62,498 nt of DNA. It comes from Chthoniobacter sp. (lineage in GTDB: Bacteria > Verrucomicrobiota > Verrucomicrobiia > Chthoniobacterales > Chthoniobacteraceae). Position numbers and translations under genes: made by a program. Within the stretch, counting starts at the first letter, position 1. Every line of letters starts with the position of its first letter. The DNA is taken from positions 1 to 62,498 of the forward strand of contig JAQGOK010000166.1 in the NCBI GenBank assembly GCA_028293645.1. Direction: 5' to 3'. The notes beneath the pieces were generated by a model, which worked only from the letters and a program-made list of their open reading frames with translations, had not been told where the DNA came from and ran no database searches. Shown in pieces: positions 18,101 through 27,121 of this stretch.

Positions 18101-18875
18101 CGCCATTCAAGTTCATCACCGCCGCAGACGATATCGGACCCGAGTTGCTTTGGAACTGAAGCCGCGCGCCGGCGGCGATGTTGAGCGTTGTACTGCTCGC
18201 CACTTCGCTCGCTCGGCTACCGCCGCCCTGGATCACGAAAAATGCGTTCCCGATATTGAGCGTTCCATTGCTCAGTGTGTAGCCGGACGTGATGGTCACA
18301 GCACCGCTTCCAGCGGTGTTCACGGCGAAGCCGCCGAGGTTCAGTGGCACCCCGAGAGCCAGCGCGCTGAAGCCAAGATCTTCGCCGTTGTTGAAGCCCA
18401 AAGGGTTCGAGGCAGTGTTCGCGTTCGCAATATTCCACGTCTGATCGGCCGCGAGCAGGATACGTGACTGGATCGTGAAAGCGTGCGTCGCTGCGCCCAT
18501 ATCGATCCCTGCTGAACCCAAGGTCAGCGTATTCGCCGACGAAGCATTCTGAAATCCTGCCATCGTATTGGCGGCGTTCCGGGTTCCACCCACGTTCGAG
18601 ACGCGAATGCCGGACCAGGATTGATCCCCACCGAGTTGGGGTTGTCCGGCGAGATTCGTAGCGCTTACCGACCCATCCCACACAGCCACGTCGGTGCTCG
18701 TCGGCACCACGTTTTCCACCCAGCTTGCCGGCAGGTTGAGCGCAGTCGCGTTGGCGGCCTTGGTGGTGTCCGCCCAGGCGGCGCACGGCAGGAGCGTGGC
18801 GATCGAGAGAGCGAGTGGCAGGGTAACGCGTCCGGATTGAACCGAACGCCTGGGAGGAGCGGAGATTTTCGTCAT
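15162..18875 (-). CDS. Autotransporter-associated beta-strand repeat protein with PEP-CTERM sorting signal
   Basis: Repeats such as GLTKVGPGTLTLTGANTYGGPTNVMAGTL; C-terminal VPEPGALGGLLIGIACFATRRRR; signal peptide ending ..AAWA. Confidence 0.9.
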   Translation of the reverse strand: MTKISAPPRRSVQSGRVTLPLALSIATLLPCAAWADTTKAANATALNLPASWVENVVPTSTDVAVWDGSVSATNLAGQPQLGGDQSWSGIRVSNVGGTRNAANTMAGFQNASSANTLTLGSAGIDMGAATHAFTIQSRILLAADQTWNIANANTASNPLGFNNGEDLGFSALALGVPLNLGGFAVNTAGSGAVTITSGYTLSNGTLNIGNAFFVIQGGGSRASEVASSTTLNIAAGARLQFQSNSGPISSAAVMNLNGGTLQLTTNNATTAVTQSGAITVNSPSTILVGNTVTGGSSTGPVIVSGNISGSEALALNNTAANASAVLRLTGNNSGYTGTVTLGGTTGRVVRLASATAGSAAATWNVSTGQTLQVDGVTVSLGVLNGAGTITNSSTTTPAVLSVGSGLFSGLISNGVNPGTTGLTKVGPGTLTLTGANTYGGPTNVMAGTLVVTPAQVGGGEVVVSDAATLELRRLAPAGTFNTSGFTLGSAAGATLTVDFGGFGNPTTPVINAPAFAPISGSTIKLLGNLVPGTFPLVDYTGAIGGGGGAGLNLTVPFRVAASLQNNAANTSLDVVISGVETPRWDGSVNANWDVDPVGNGAQGTQNWRTLTTNSLARYIESPSGVDAVLFDDSATSTAPVNLTTTLAPTGVTLNNSSRAYTFSGFGTLTGGMALTKNGTAAFILANEAPYDFTGGTTITAGSLFLGDGITFGGGTLPGAIRNEALLVLNHPEDFTFSNPVTGAGTLRKDQVNTATIDRNTVSSMSFLVNEGSLRFTAGGNLSGMLSGTGVLEAGGGTLEISGANPNVQTQTTVSGGTLRLNKTAGVNAVGADVTISGAGVLAILAAEQIPNTGTINFLGSSADSMLGSTGAETVANVLVNASSSTGQFIMRNTFTVTGIATVQNGILGVASSHSATVNRIEMSSGSVRIAGNGGPSTLNVGAGGIAASGGVIEVKFNTANQDAVLNLGGNFTATGNVSINNGNYAGANLNLINLTATRTFDIAEGTFTNVHADFGGIGGLIKAGTGTLTLEPLSNAAHTGDTVVNAGVLEVRGAIGGSNVLVNSGTLAGSGSITTGASGLQMNTGARLMPGVPFQPGALSVTLPGSTFNIAGAVTPAASAALEFDLDGPDFSDRVIITGGALNIGSGVLEFDDFLFLPSFSFDPSATYTLFNGNTAIAGALGVRINGNVAGQPYQLQFADSGKDLVLVSVPEPGALGGLLIGIACFATRRRRAVQTG

Positions 18876-18986
18876 GGGGGATTGGGGACCCGCGTCTATA
18901 ACTGCTGTACTTCTCCCGTTCCACAGGATTAGTCTGCCGGCCCCAACTGGCTCTGCGGCGTCACGCAAAACGCGAGTGTCCGAAGT

Positions 18987-19019
18987 GTTGACGGCTTATT
19001 CGGCACATATAAGGTCAAC
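18987..19019 (+). promoter_or_regulatory. Putative promoter with overlapping palindromic MarR operator
   Basis: TTGACG-16 nt-TAAGGT within the imperfect inverted repeat GTTGACGGCTTAT...ATAAGGTCAAC. Confidence 0.55.
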
Positions 19020-19031
19020 CCCATTAAGTTT

Positions 19032-19487
19032 ATGGCGATCTCTCGCGACGAAGCACAAATGCGGGTGGATGCGGAACGACTGGCGGACATTTTCACAATC
19101 CTGCAGCGCTGCTTCATTCTGAATGTCTCGAAGGAACTGGCCCGCGGAAACGTGTCTTTCCCGCAGTATTGCCTTCTCGGCTTCCTCGCCCAGCAGCCGC
19201 ACCTCACGATGTCCGAGATCGCCCAACGGATGGGGCACACCACCGCCGCGGCAACGGGCTTGGTGGACCGACTCGAAAAGAGCGGACACGTCCGGCGCAC
19301 CCACGCGAAGGACGATCGCCGCAAGATCCTGGTCCACGTCACTCCATCCGGCGCGTCGCTGGTCACCGAAGTGCGCGACGACATGACCTGCAACCTCCTC
19401 AAAATGATGGAGCATCTCGACCCTCACGAGCAAAAAACCTGGGTCCAGATTTACGAAAAGATCTTCCTCTACTGCCAAAGCAAATGA
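19032..19487 (+). CDS. MarR family transcriptional regulator
   Basis: MSEIAQRM..TTAAATGLVDRLEKSGHVRR....DDRRKILVHVT. Confidence 0.95.
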   Translation: MAISRDEAQMRVDAERLADIFTILQRCFILNVSKELARGNVSFPQYCLLGFLAQQPHLTMSEIAQRMGHTTAAATGLVDRLEKSGHVRRTHAKDDRRKILVHVTPSGASLVTEVRDDMTCNLLKMMEHLDPHEQKTWVQIYEKIFLYCQSK

Positions 19488-21082
19488 TCCGCCGTCTCAC
19501 CTACTTTTCCGCAGCGCTGCTCGCTTTCACGAACCTGCCCGCACCCGCCGCCCCGGGTAGTGGGCGGAATCGCACTGCGGCGATTCGCACCATCACGACT
19601 CCGCTTACCCTGGATCGAGCAGTGGCGATCGCCCTCCAGCAAAACCCCGAAATCCTGAGGCAGCTTCAGGAGATTGAACGCACCCGCGGACAGGTGATTG
19701 AGATCCGTGCGCAGGCACTGCCGCGGGTCGGCCTCACCGGTAACTTCACTCAGCAAGACCGGCGGTTACTCCAGGGTGGCGGCGGCACGAACGGGACCTC
19801 CGGTGGCACCAATGTGATCATCGTGCCTCCGACGACCGGCACCGGGGGAACGGGCACGGGAGGCACCGGGACGGGAGGCACGACCGGCGGCGGCGAAACC
19901 CCGGACTTCAGCGATCTCATCAGCTCGCTGGGCGGCGACACCGGCGGCAGTCGGAGTGGCCCGAGCGACAAATCGTACCGCGTCGCGCTCGAGGCGAGCC
20001 AGGTGCTTTATGCCGGCGGCCAGGTCCGTGCGGCGATCAACATCGCTCGCTTCACCCAGGACAGCACGATCTACCAGCTCCGCGACGTCATCGACAGCAT
20101 CATCGCGCGCACCCGGCAGCAGTTTTACAACGTGTTGCTCACCCGCGCTCTGATCAAGGTGCAGGAGGAGTCGATTCAGTTGCTGAGCGATCAGTTGAAA
20201 GATCAGCAGAACCGCTTCGAGGCGGGCACGGTCCCTCGGTTCAACGTCCTGCGTGCTGAAGTCGAGCTGGCCAACGCCCGCCCAGAGCTGATCCGCGCCC
20301 GCAACAGCTATCTGATTGCGCAACTCGAGCTCGGCAAAACCCTGGGCCTCGAAGCAGGACCCGGCGCGCGTCCATCGCTCAACGCGGTGGGAGAACTCGT
20401 CGTCGCCGAGCGTCCGCTCGGATTGAACAACGCGCTCGCGCTGGCTCGCGAACGCCGCCCGTTCCTGAAAGTGCAGCGCCAGACCATCCTTATCCAGAAG
20501 GAGCAGATCAAAGTCGCGCTCGCCGGTTACAAGCCGCGCCTGGAAGCGAACGGCGGTTACGAGATTCGCAATTCCTCCGTCACGGATGAACTCGATCAGA
20601 CGATCGACGGCTGGTTCTACGGGATCACCGGGACGTGGAATATTTTCGACGGTTTCGAGACTTACGGCCGGGTGAAACAGGCCCGAGCGCAGCTCGAAAG
20701 CGCGCGGATCAACTACGACGACTCCGTCCAGCAAGTGGACCTCGAGGTGCAGCAGGCTTACGCAAATCTCCTGACCGCACGGGAGACGATTCGCAGCCAG
20801 CAGAAGAACGTCGAGCAGGCGCTGGAAGCGCTGCGGCTCGCCAGTGAACGCCTCGCCGCCGGCGCCGGCACCCAGCTCGATGTCCTCGACGCTCGCGTTG
20901 CGCTGACTCAGGCCCGGACGACGGAGCTCCAGGCGCGCGCTGACTACAACACGAACCTCGCGGAATTTGACCGGGTCACGGCCAGCGACACGATCTACGA
21001 CGACACCTTCGATGATCCGCTCACCCGCGGCTCGCGGAAGCCTGTGCCCGCGCGCAAGGCACCGTCGAAGAAGAAGCCGTGA
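19484..21082 (+). CDS. TolC-family outer membrane efflux protein
   Basis: Signal peptide; LTLDRAVAIALQQNP, RFEAGTVPRFNVLRA, AGAGTQLDVLDAR. ATG overlaps the marR stop. Confidence 0.92.
   Translation: MIRRLTYFSAALLAFTNLPAPAAPGSGRNRTAAIRTITTPLTLDRAVAIALQQNPEILRQLQEIERTRGQVIEIRAQALPRVGLTGNFTQQDRRLLQGGGGTNGTSGGTNVIIVPPTTGTGGTGTGGTGTGGTTGGGETPDFSDLISSLGGDTGGSRSGPSDKSYRVALEASQVLYAGGQVRAAINIARFTQDSTIYQLRDVIDSIIARTRQQFYNVLLTRALIKVQEESIQLLSDQLKDQQNRFEAGTVPRFNVLRAEVELANARPELIRARNSYLIAQLELGKTLGLEAGPGARPSLNAVGELVVAERPLGLNNALALARERRPFLKVQRQTILIQKEQIKVALAGYKPRLEANGGYEIRNSSVTDELDQTIDGWFYGITGTWNIFDGFETYGRVKQARAQLESARINYDDSVQQVDLEVQQAYANLLTARETIRSQQKNVEQALEALRLASERLAAGAGTQLDVLDARVALTQARTTELQARADYNTNLAEFDRVTASDTIYDDTFDDPLTRGSRKPVPARKAPSKKKP
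19834..19881 (+). repeat. Three ~15-bp tandem units encoding (TGTGG)3 within TolC
   Basis: accggcaccggggga acgggcacgggaggc accgggacgggaggc. Confidence 0.7.
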
Positions 21083-21747
21083 GCCCACCGACCGGACCCG
21101 CTCCGGAATCGTTTCCGGCTCTCAGTGCGGTACCGGGGCTGGCGCATGGCTTCACCCTGCGCGTCCCGGAGCTCGATGTGAAAGTGGATCGCGCCGCGGC
21201 CTTGGAACGGCTCGACACCTACCACGCCGAAGCGCGGCAAGCGCTCGGTTTGGGGAAGCGGCACCTGGTTCTTGGAGAGCAGGTCCACGGCGGCGATGTA
21301 GCCGTGGTCGATCGCAAGACGCCGACTCCCGTCCCGGGCGTTGATGGTCTCATCACCACGGATCCGGGCGTCTGCCTCGGGATCTACGTCGCGGACTGTT
21401 GCGCCGTTTTCCTCGTCGATCCGGATCGGCGTGCAATCGGCTTGCTGCACTCCGGGCGCAAGGGCACCGAAGAGCACATCGTCGAGAAGGCGATCACCCT
21501 CATGCAAAAGGAGTTTGGCTCCGACCCCGCGCGGATCATCGTCCAGCTCAGCCCGTGCATCCGCCCGCCTCATTTCGAAATCGATTTCGCGGCGCTGATC
21601 CGGAGCGATGCCGCGCGCGCCGGTGCGGGAACGATCGCCGACCCGCAGTCCTGCACGGCAAGCGATCTGGAGCGCTACTATTCCTATCGCGCCGAACGCG
21701 GCAAAACCGGTCGGATGCTGGCCTTGCTCGGCTGGCGGGGAGAATAG
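21079..21747 (+). CDS. YfiH/PgeF (laccase-domain/purine nucleoside phosphorylase) family protein
   Basis: Motifs QVHG, DGLIT, VADC, LHSGRKG, YSYRAE..TGRM. Confidence 0.9.
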   Translation: MSPPTGPAPESFPALSAVPGLAHGFTLRVPELDVKVDRAAALERLDTYHAEARQALGLGKRHLVLGEQVHGGDVAVVDRKTPTPVPGVDGLITTDPGVCLGIYVADCCAVFLVDPDRRAIGLLHSGRKGTEEHIVEKAITLMQKEFGSDPARIIVQLSPCIRPPHFEIDFAALIRSDAARAGAGTIADPQSCTASDLERYYSYRAERGKTGRMLALLGWRGE

Positions 21748-21809
21748 CGGCAGCGCAGGTTGCGAATTCTTCCAAGCGTTTTGGAGGATTTCAGATTACA
21801 TGGGCTGCG

Positions 21810-24578
21810 ATGATCTCCTCCGTTTTCCTGCGCGCCTTGCCCAGCTTCGCGGCGCTCCTGTTCGCGCCATTCGCCGGCGCGGGGGAGGCATTGCCTCCAC
21901 CGGCGACGCACAAAGTCGATTTCGAAAAGGAGATCAAGCCGCTCTTCGAATCCGCCTGTGTGAAGTGCCACGCGAAAGGCAAGACCAAGGGCGGCTTCTC
22001 GCTGGAAAACCGCGAAGCGCTGCTGAAAGGCGGCGAGACTGAAGCCGGCGCGGTGGTGGGGAAAAGCGGCGAAAGCTACCTCGTGGAACTCGTCGCCGGC
22101 GTGGATCCCGACGCGATCATGCCGAAAAAAGGAACCCGGTGGACGCCCGAGCAAGTCGGTCTCCTGCGGGCGTGGATCGATCAAGGCGCAGTCTGGCCGG
22201 CCGGGCTGAGCTTTGCGAAAACAGCACCGGAGAATCTTCAGCCGCGCAAGAGCGTGCTCGCAGATCGGACCGGCGTGGCGGCGCTCGACGGAATCCTCGA
22301 CAGCTACTTCCAGACGCATGGCACCGCCGTCCCGGCGCCGGTGGACGACCCAACTTATGCCCGGCGCGTTTACCTCGATTTGGTCGGACTCCTTCCCACA
22401 CCGGAACAGCTCATCGCTTTCACCGCCGACACCAGCGCGGACAAACGCACGCAGCTCGTCCGACGGCTGCTCGCTGATCAACGCGGGTATGCCGATCATT
22501 GGCTGACCTTTTGGAACGACCTGCTTCGCAACGACTACAAAGGCGTCGGCTTCATCGATGGAGGCCGCAAACAGATCACCGGCTGGCTGCATCGCGCGCT
22601 GTTCGAAAACAAGCCGTATGACCGTTTCGTCGCCGAACTGGTCGCCCCGACTTCCGAAAGCGAAGGCTTCACTCGCGGGATCATCTGGCGGGGAAATGTG
22701 AACGCTTCAATGCTGCCGCCGATGCAGGCAGCGCAGAACGTCTCGCAGGTCTTCATGGGCGTGAATCTGAAGTGCGCCTCCTGCCACGACAGCTTCATCA
22801 ACGACTGGTCGCTCGCGGATGCCTACGGCATGGCAGCGATCTACTCGGACGAAACGATGGAGCTGGTGCATTGCGACAAACCCACCGGCGAGAAAGCCGC
22901 CATGCGGTTCCTCTATCCGGAACTCGGCGGCGTCGATCCGAACCTGGCGAAGGCGACCCGGCTGCAACGGCTGGCGGAACTGATCAGCGGTCCGCAAAAC
23001 GGCCGCCTCTCGCGCACGATCGTCAACCGACTGTGGGCGCGGCTGCTCGGGCGGGGATTGGTCGAACCGCTGGACGACATGGAGCAGCCCGCCTGGAACC
23101 GCGAGTTGCTGGACTGGCTCGCCGAAGATTTCGTCGCGAGTGGCTACGATTTGAAACGGACGCTCGAGATTCTTTGCACCTCGCACGCTTACCAGCTGCC
23201 CACGGTCGAAGCGCCCAAAGACGGAACCGCTCCGTTTGTCTTCCGCGGACCCACTGCGCGGCGACTCACTGCCGAGCAGTTCTGTGATGCGATCAGCTCG
23301 TTGACCGGCGATTGGGCGCGTCTGCCGGCGTCGCTGGAGTTCGACTTTTATCCCGGTGAATACGGACGCGGGTTGCGCATGCCTCAGTGGATCTGGACGG
23401 ACGAACCGCCCGAACGCGGCGCCCAACGAAGCGCCATCCGAGCGGCACGTGCGCAGCTGGATGCCGCCACCAAGCAGCTTGCGGAAGCTCGGCAGAAAGC
23501 CAGCGACGCGCTCAGTGGCAAGCCTGCTTCGCTGGCGCCCGCGAGCGCAGCGATTGAAAGCGCGAGCGCAGCGATGACGAAAGCTCAGGACCAATTCGCC
23601 GCGGCCGCAACCATCGCTGCCGCGACTCAGCAAGCTCCGGGTGAACGTCACAAGGTTCTGTTCCGCCGGAAACTAACGCTGCCGACCGTGCCGCGGGATG
23701 CGTATGCGACGATCCTGGGGAGTCAGAGTTTCCAAGTGCAGGTGAACGGCCGGGAGGCGAAGTCGATCCAGCGCGATGGATTCCGCAACGGCCGCATCGC
23801 GATCCTTAATCTGCAACCGCTGCTGGTCGCTGGGGACAACGTGATCACGATCGACGTTTCCAGCCACACCGAGAAATCGATGAACGACGCGGAGCGGAAG
23901 CAGTATCCGGCGTCCACCAACCACCTCAATGCGCAGAGCGGCATCGCCTTTTACCTGCGCTGCGAGATGCCGGAAGCGAAGCCAATCGAGGTCACGACCG
24001 ATGAAGGTTGGCGCGTCTGCCGCAATCCGGAAGGCGCCTGGAATGCGGTGGCTTTTGACGACGGCGATTGGGCGGCCGCCAAGGCGCTCCCCGCCGGGGT
24101 GGCGCCAGTGGATGAAGGTCCCGGTTTGCAGCCGATCATCCGTCAGGATTTCGCCAACCTCCCGGTGCAACTCGGCTCTCAGTTGAGCGCTGCGGTCAGC
24201 ACCGTGGTGCAAGGTGGCGGGGTGCGCGCAGCGTTGCTTGCAGCCGATCCGCTGCAGGTCGCGCTCTACCGGCCAAATCGTGAGGTGATCATTCCCGCGC
24301 GGGCCGAAACGGCGACAACGCTGCAGGCCCTGGAGCTCACCAACGGCGCCACGCTGGATTCGCGGTTGCAGCGCGCAGCGGCTAAAGCAGCGCCCGAGGT
24401 CGCACGCGATTCCAAGGCTTGGGTGAACCGGGTGTTTCAGCACTCCATTGCGCGGACTCCGAACGAAGCCGAGCGAGCCGTTGCCCACGAGTTGCTTGGC
24501 CAGTCACCGTCCCCTGAGGCGGTGGCGGACCTGCTTTGGATCATCGCCAATCATCCCGAGTTCCAGCTGATCTACTGA
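21810..24578 (+). CDS. Planctomycete-type cytochrome c / DUF1549 / DUF1553 (PSCyt-PSD1) protein
   Basis: Signal peptide; heme motifs CVKCH and CASCH; RRVYLDLVGLLPT; VNRLWARLLGRGLVEP; RRLTAEQ. Confidence 0.92.
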   Translation: MISSVFLRALPSFAALLFAPFAGAGEALPPPATHKVDFEKEIKPLFESACVKCHAKGKTKGGFSLENREALLKGGETEAGAVVGKSGESYLVELVAGVDPDAIMPKKGTRWTPEQVGLLRAWIDQGAVWPAGLSFAKTAPENLQPRKSVLADRTGVAALDGILDSYFQTHGTAVPAPVDDPTYARRVYLDLVGLLPTPEQLIAFTADTSADKRTQLVRRLLADQRGYADHWLTFWNDLLRNDYKGVGFIDGGRKQITGWLHRALFENKPYDRFVAELVAPTSESEGFTRGIIWRGNVNASMLPPMQAAQNVSQVFMGVNLKCASCHDSFINDWSLADAYGMAAIYSDETMELVHCDKPTGEKAAMRFLYPELGGVDPNLAKATRLQRLAELISGPQNGRLSRTIVNRLWARLLGRGLVEPLDDMEQPAWNRELLDWLAEDFVASGYDLKRTLEILCTSHAYQLPTVEAPKDGTAPFVFRGPTARRLTAEQFCDAISSLTGDWARLPASLEFDFYPGEYGRGLRMPQWIWTDEPPERGAQRSAIRAARAQLDAATKQLAEARQKASDALSGKPASLAPASAAIESASAAMTKAQDQFAAAATIAAATQQAPGERHKVLFRRKLTLPTVPRDAYATILGSQSFQVQVNGREAKSIQRDGFRNGRIAILNLQPLLVAGDNVITIDVSSHTEKSMNDAERKQYPASTNHLNAQSGIAFYLRCEMPEAKPIEVTTDEGWRVCRNPEGAWNAVAFDDGDWAAAKALPAGVAPVDEGPGLQPIIRQDFANLPVQLGSQLSAAVSTVVQGGGVRAALLAADPLQVALYRPNREVIIPARAETATTLQALELTNGATLDSRLQRAAAKAAPEVARDSKAWVNRVFQHSIARTPNEAERAVAHELLGQSPSPEAVADLLWIIANHPEFQLIY

Positions 24579-24582
24579 AAGG

Positions 24583-24783
24583 ATGCCCCGGAAGGTGCGG
24601 GAGCTGATCTCCGATTTATCACGAGCCGGCTTCACCCTGGATCGGCAGGCCGGGTCCCATCGTCAGTTCAAGCATGCTCGATTCCCTGGAACTCTCACCG
24701 TCAGCGGAAACGAAGGGAGTGACGCAAAGCGCTATCAGGAGAAGCAGGTGCAGGCAGCAATTGCGCACGTGCAGAATGGGTGA
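24583..24783 (+). CDS. hicA: HicA family toxin (mRNA interferase)
   Basis: 66 aa; MPRKVRELI..L..AGF...QAGSHRQFKH. Confidence 0.9.
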   Translation: MPRKVRELISDLSRAGFTLDRQAGSHRQFKHARFPGTLTVSGNEGSDAKRYQEKQVQAAIAHVQNG

Positions 24784-24805
24784 GGGTTAACTAGATTACA
24801 GCCTC

Positions 24806-25036
24806 ATGAAAGCCGCTGACCGATATCACCGCTTCGTGCGCTGGTCTGAGGAAGACGGAGCGTATATCGGCTATTGCCCGGATCTCTACTTTGGCGGCGT
24901 CTGCCATGGCGAGGCGGAGGAGGCCACTTATGCCGAGCTGTGCGACATCGTCCGTGCGGAGGTAGCGTATCGGCTCCAGAAGAGTGAGGCGCTACCTCAA
25001 CCGAAGATCTACCCGCTTAATGAGTTAGTTGCCTAA
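24806..25036 (+). CDS. hicB: HicB-like antitoxin (short, N-terminal domain only)
   Basis: WSEEDGAYIGYCPDL...CHG, followed by ..ALP.P; directly downstream of hicA. Confidence 0.82.
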   Translation: MKAADRYHRFVRWSEEDGAYIGYCPDLYFGGVCHGEAEEATYAELCDIVRAEVAYRLQKSEALPQPKIYPLNELVA

Positions 25037-25047
25037 CCGCCATACCG

Positions 25048-26544
25048 ATGCTCCCAGTTCACCCAACCCGCCGCGATTTCTTGAAAACGGCTTCGGCCGC
25101 AACTCTCGCGGCGCTTGCTTCCCGTGCACCGCAGACGTTTGGTGCCGAGCTCGAAAAAATCGCGCCGACGGCGGACACCGTGATCGTGCTCTGGATGGCC
25201 GGCGGTATGGCGCACACGGAGACCTTCGACCCCAAACGCTACGCTCCCTTCGAAAAGGGCATGGATCCGCAGCGCGTCCTCTCCACTTTTCCGAGCATCC
25301 CGACCGCCATTGATGGCGTGAAGTTCTCCGAAGGACTGGAAAAAACCGCGGCAGTGATGGATCGCGGCACGCTCATCCGCACGAGCACCGCAGCCGATCT
25401 CGGATTCATCCTGCATTCGCGCCATCAGTTCCATTGGCACACCGGCTACGTGCCGCCGCAGTCTGTGGCCGCCCCACACATTGGCGCGGTGATCGCTCGC
25501 ACCCTCGGCGCGCGCGACCCGGCGATTCCGCCGTTCATCAACATCGGCCAGCGGTTCGATCTGGGAGAAGCCGAGGAACTCAAGGCGTTCACCACCGCTG
25601 GTTTTCTCGGCAGCGAAGCGGGGCCTTTTAACGTCCCCTTCCCCCACGACGCCGCGCGCGCCGTGCGACCACCCGAGGGCATGACGCCCGGTCGCTTTGA
25701 AGACCGTAATCGCTTTTACAAACGTCTGCTCGAAGCCAGTCCGATTGGGCAGCACGGCAGCGCGTTTCAGCGCGAGTCGCTGGTCCGATCCATGGACAAC
25801 GCGCATCGCTTGCTCAGCTCACCAGCCGGGAAGGCGTTTGACCTCTCGCTCGAGCCGGCGGAAAGCGTCGCCCGCTATGTGCCGGCGGGTTTCGATCCAT
25901 CGAAGCTGAACACCGCGAAACAGAATCGCGATGGCGATTACGAAGCCGGGACAATCGGTCGTTTCGGCTTGGGCTGTCTGCTCGCGCGACGGCTTGCGGA
26001 AGTGGGAGCGCGCTTCATCGAAGTGACGACGGAATACATTCCGTTCCTGAATTGGGATACGCACGAGAATGGCCACGCCCGGCTCGTGAACATGAAGAAG
26101 ATGATCGATGCACCGATTGCGCAACTGGTCCTGGACCTGGAAGAGCGCGGCCTGCTCGACCGCACGCTGGTCGTGCTCGCGAGTGAATTCAGCCGCGACA
26201 TGATGATCGAGGGACGGGAGGGCTCAAAGGTCCGCGAACAGGCGCGTGTGCCCGATCGTATCGAGGCGCCGCTGCATTACGGGATGCACCGGCACTTCAC
26301 TGAAGCCGGATCCGTTTTGATGTTCGGCGGCGGAGTCAAACGTGGGCACGTCCACGGCACAACTGCCGATGAGCGGCCGTGCAAGGCGATCACCGATCCG
26401 GTGGTGATCGAGGACCTTCACGCCACGATCTACGAGGCGGTCGGCATCTCTCCAAAGCTCGCTTACACGGTCGAAGAACGACCGTTCTACGTGACGCACG
26501 ACGGCCGCGGCAAAGCCGTGCGGAGCCTCTTTGCGCGCGGCTAA
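25048..26544 (+). CDS. DUF1501 family protein with Tat signal
   Basis: TRRDFLK; LWMAGGMAHTETFDPK; CLLARRL.EVG.RF; WDTH; SEFSR. Confidence 0.93.
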   Translation: MLPVHPTRRDFLKTASAATLAALASRAPQTFGAELEKIAPTADTVIVLWMAGGMAHTETFDPKRYAPFEKGMDPQRVLSTFPSIPTAIDGVKFSEGLEKTAAVMDRGTLIRTSTAADLGFILHSRHQFHWHTGYVPPQSVAAPHIGAVIARTLGARDPAIPPFINIGQRFDLGEAEELKAFTTAGFLGSEAGPFNVPFPHDAARAVRPPEGMTPGRFEDRNRFYKRLLEASPIGQHGSAFQRESLVRSMDNAHRLLSSPAGKAFDLSLEPAESVARYVPAGFDPSKLNTAKQNRDGDYEAGTIGRFGLGCLLARRLAEVGARFIEVTTEYIPFLNWDTHENGHARLVNMKKMIDAPIAQLVLDLEERGLLDRTLVVLASEFSRDMMIEGREGSKVREQARVPDRIEAPLHYGMHRHFTEAGSVLMFGGGVKRGHVHGTTADERPCKAITDPVVIEDLHATIYEAVGISPKLAYTVEERPFYVTHDGRGKAVRSLFARG

Positions 26545-26551
26545 GCGCGAC

Positions 26552-27121
26552 CTATTTCGAGCCCGGCTTGACGGCAGGGATCCCGGCGAGATCGGCGGGG
26601 ATTTGGTCCGCCGGGAAAGTCTCCGCGTTGAGCTGAGTCAGCGCGACGAATGGGCAACCAAAAGCTGGCAGGGTGCCGCCGCTTCGATCCACCAACGCGG
26701 CCACGGCGACCACTTCCGCGCCATGCTTCCGCACGATGTCGATCGTTTCCTGAACGCGCCCGCCGCGCGTTACCACGTCTTCAGCCACGATGAAGCGGCT
26801 TCCCGGTTGAATCCGAAACCCACGCCGCAGCACGAGCTTGTTCTCTTCTTTCTCGGCAAAGATGTGCGGCTTGCCGAGCGCGCGCGCCACTTCTTGGCCG
26901 ACGATGATTCCACCCAATGCGGGCGAGATCACCTGCTCCGCTTCGATCCCCCGCACCTTGTCCGCCAGCGCGGCACAAACCTGCGCAGCGATCTGCGTAT
27001 GCTGGAGCAGCAACGCGCATTGAAAAAACTGCCGCGAGTGCAAACCCGATCGCAGTACGAAGTGACCTTCCAGCAAAGCGTTCGTTTGCCGGAAGAGTGC
27101 GAGCAACGCGGCGGAATCCAT
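26552..27121 (-). CDS. pyrE: Orotate phosphoribosyltransferase
   Basis: LLEGHFVLRSGLHS; PRPP motif VAEDVVTRGG. Confidence 0.95.
   Translation of the reverse strand: MDSAALLALFRQTNALLEGHFVLRSGLHSRQFFQCALLLQHTQIAAQVCAALADKVRGIEAEQVISPALGGIIVGQEVARALGKPHIFAEKEENKLVLRRGFRIQPGSRFIVAEDVVTRGGRVQETIDIVRKHGAEVVAVAALVDRSGGTLPAFGCPFVALTQLNAETFPADQIPADLAGIPAVKPGSK

Noticed and set aside
21765-21790. Imperfect hairpin AATTCTTCCAA…TTGGAGGATT between yfiH and the PSD1 gene
   Set aside because: Weak stem with no clear U-tract; cannot be called a terminator or an operator
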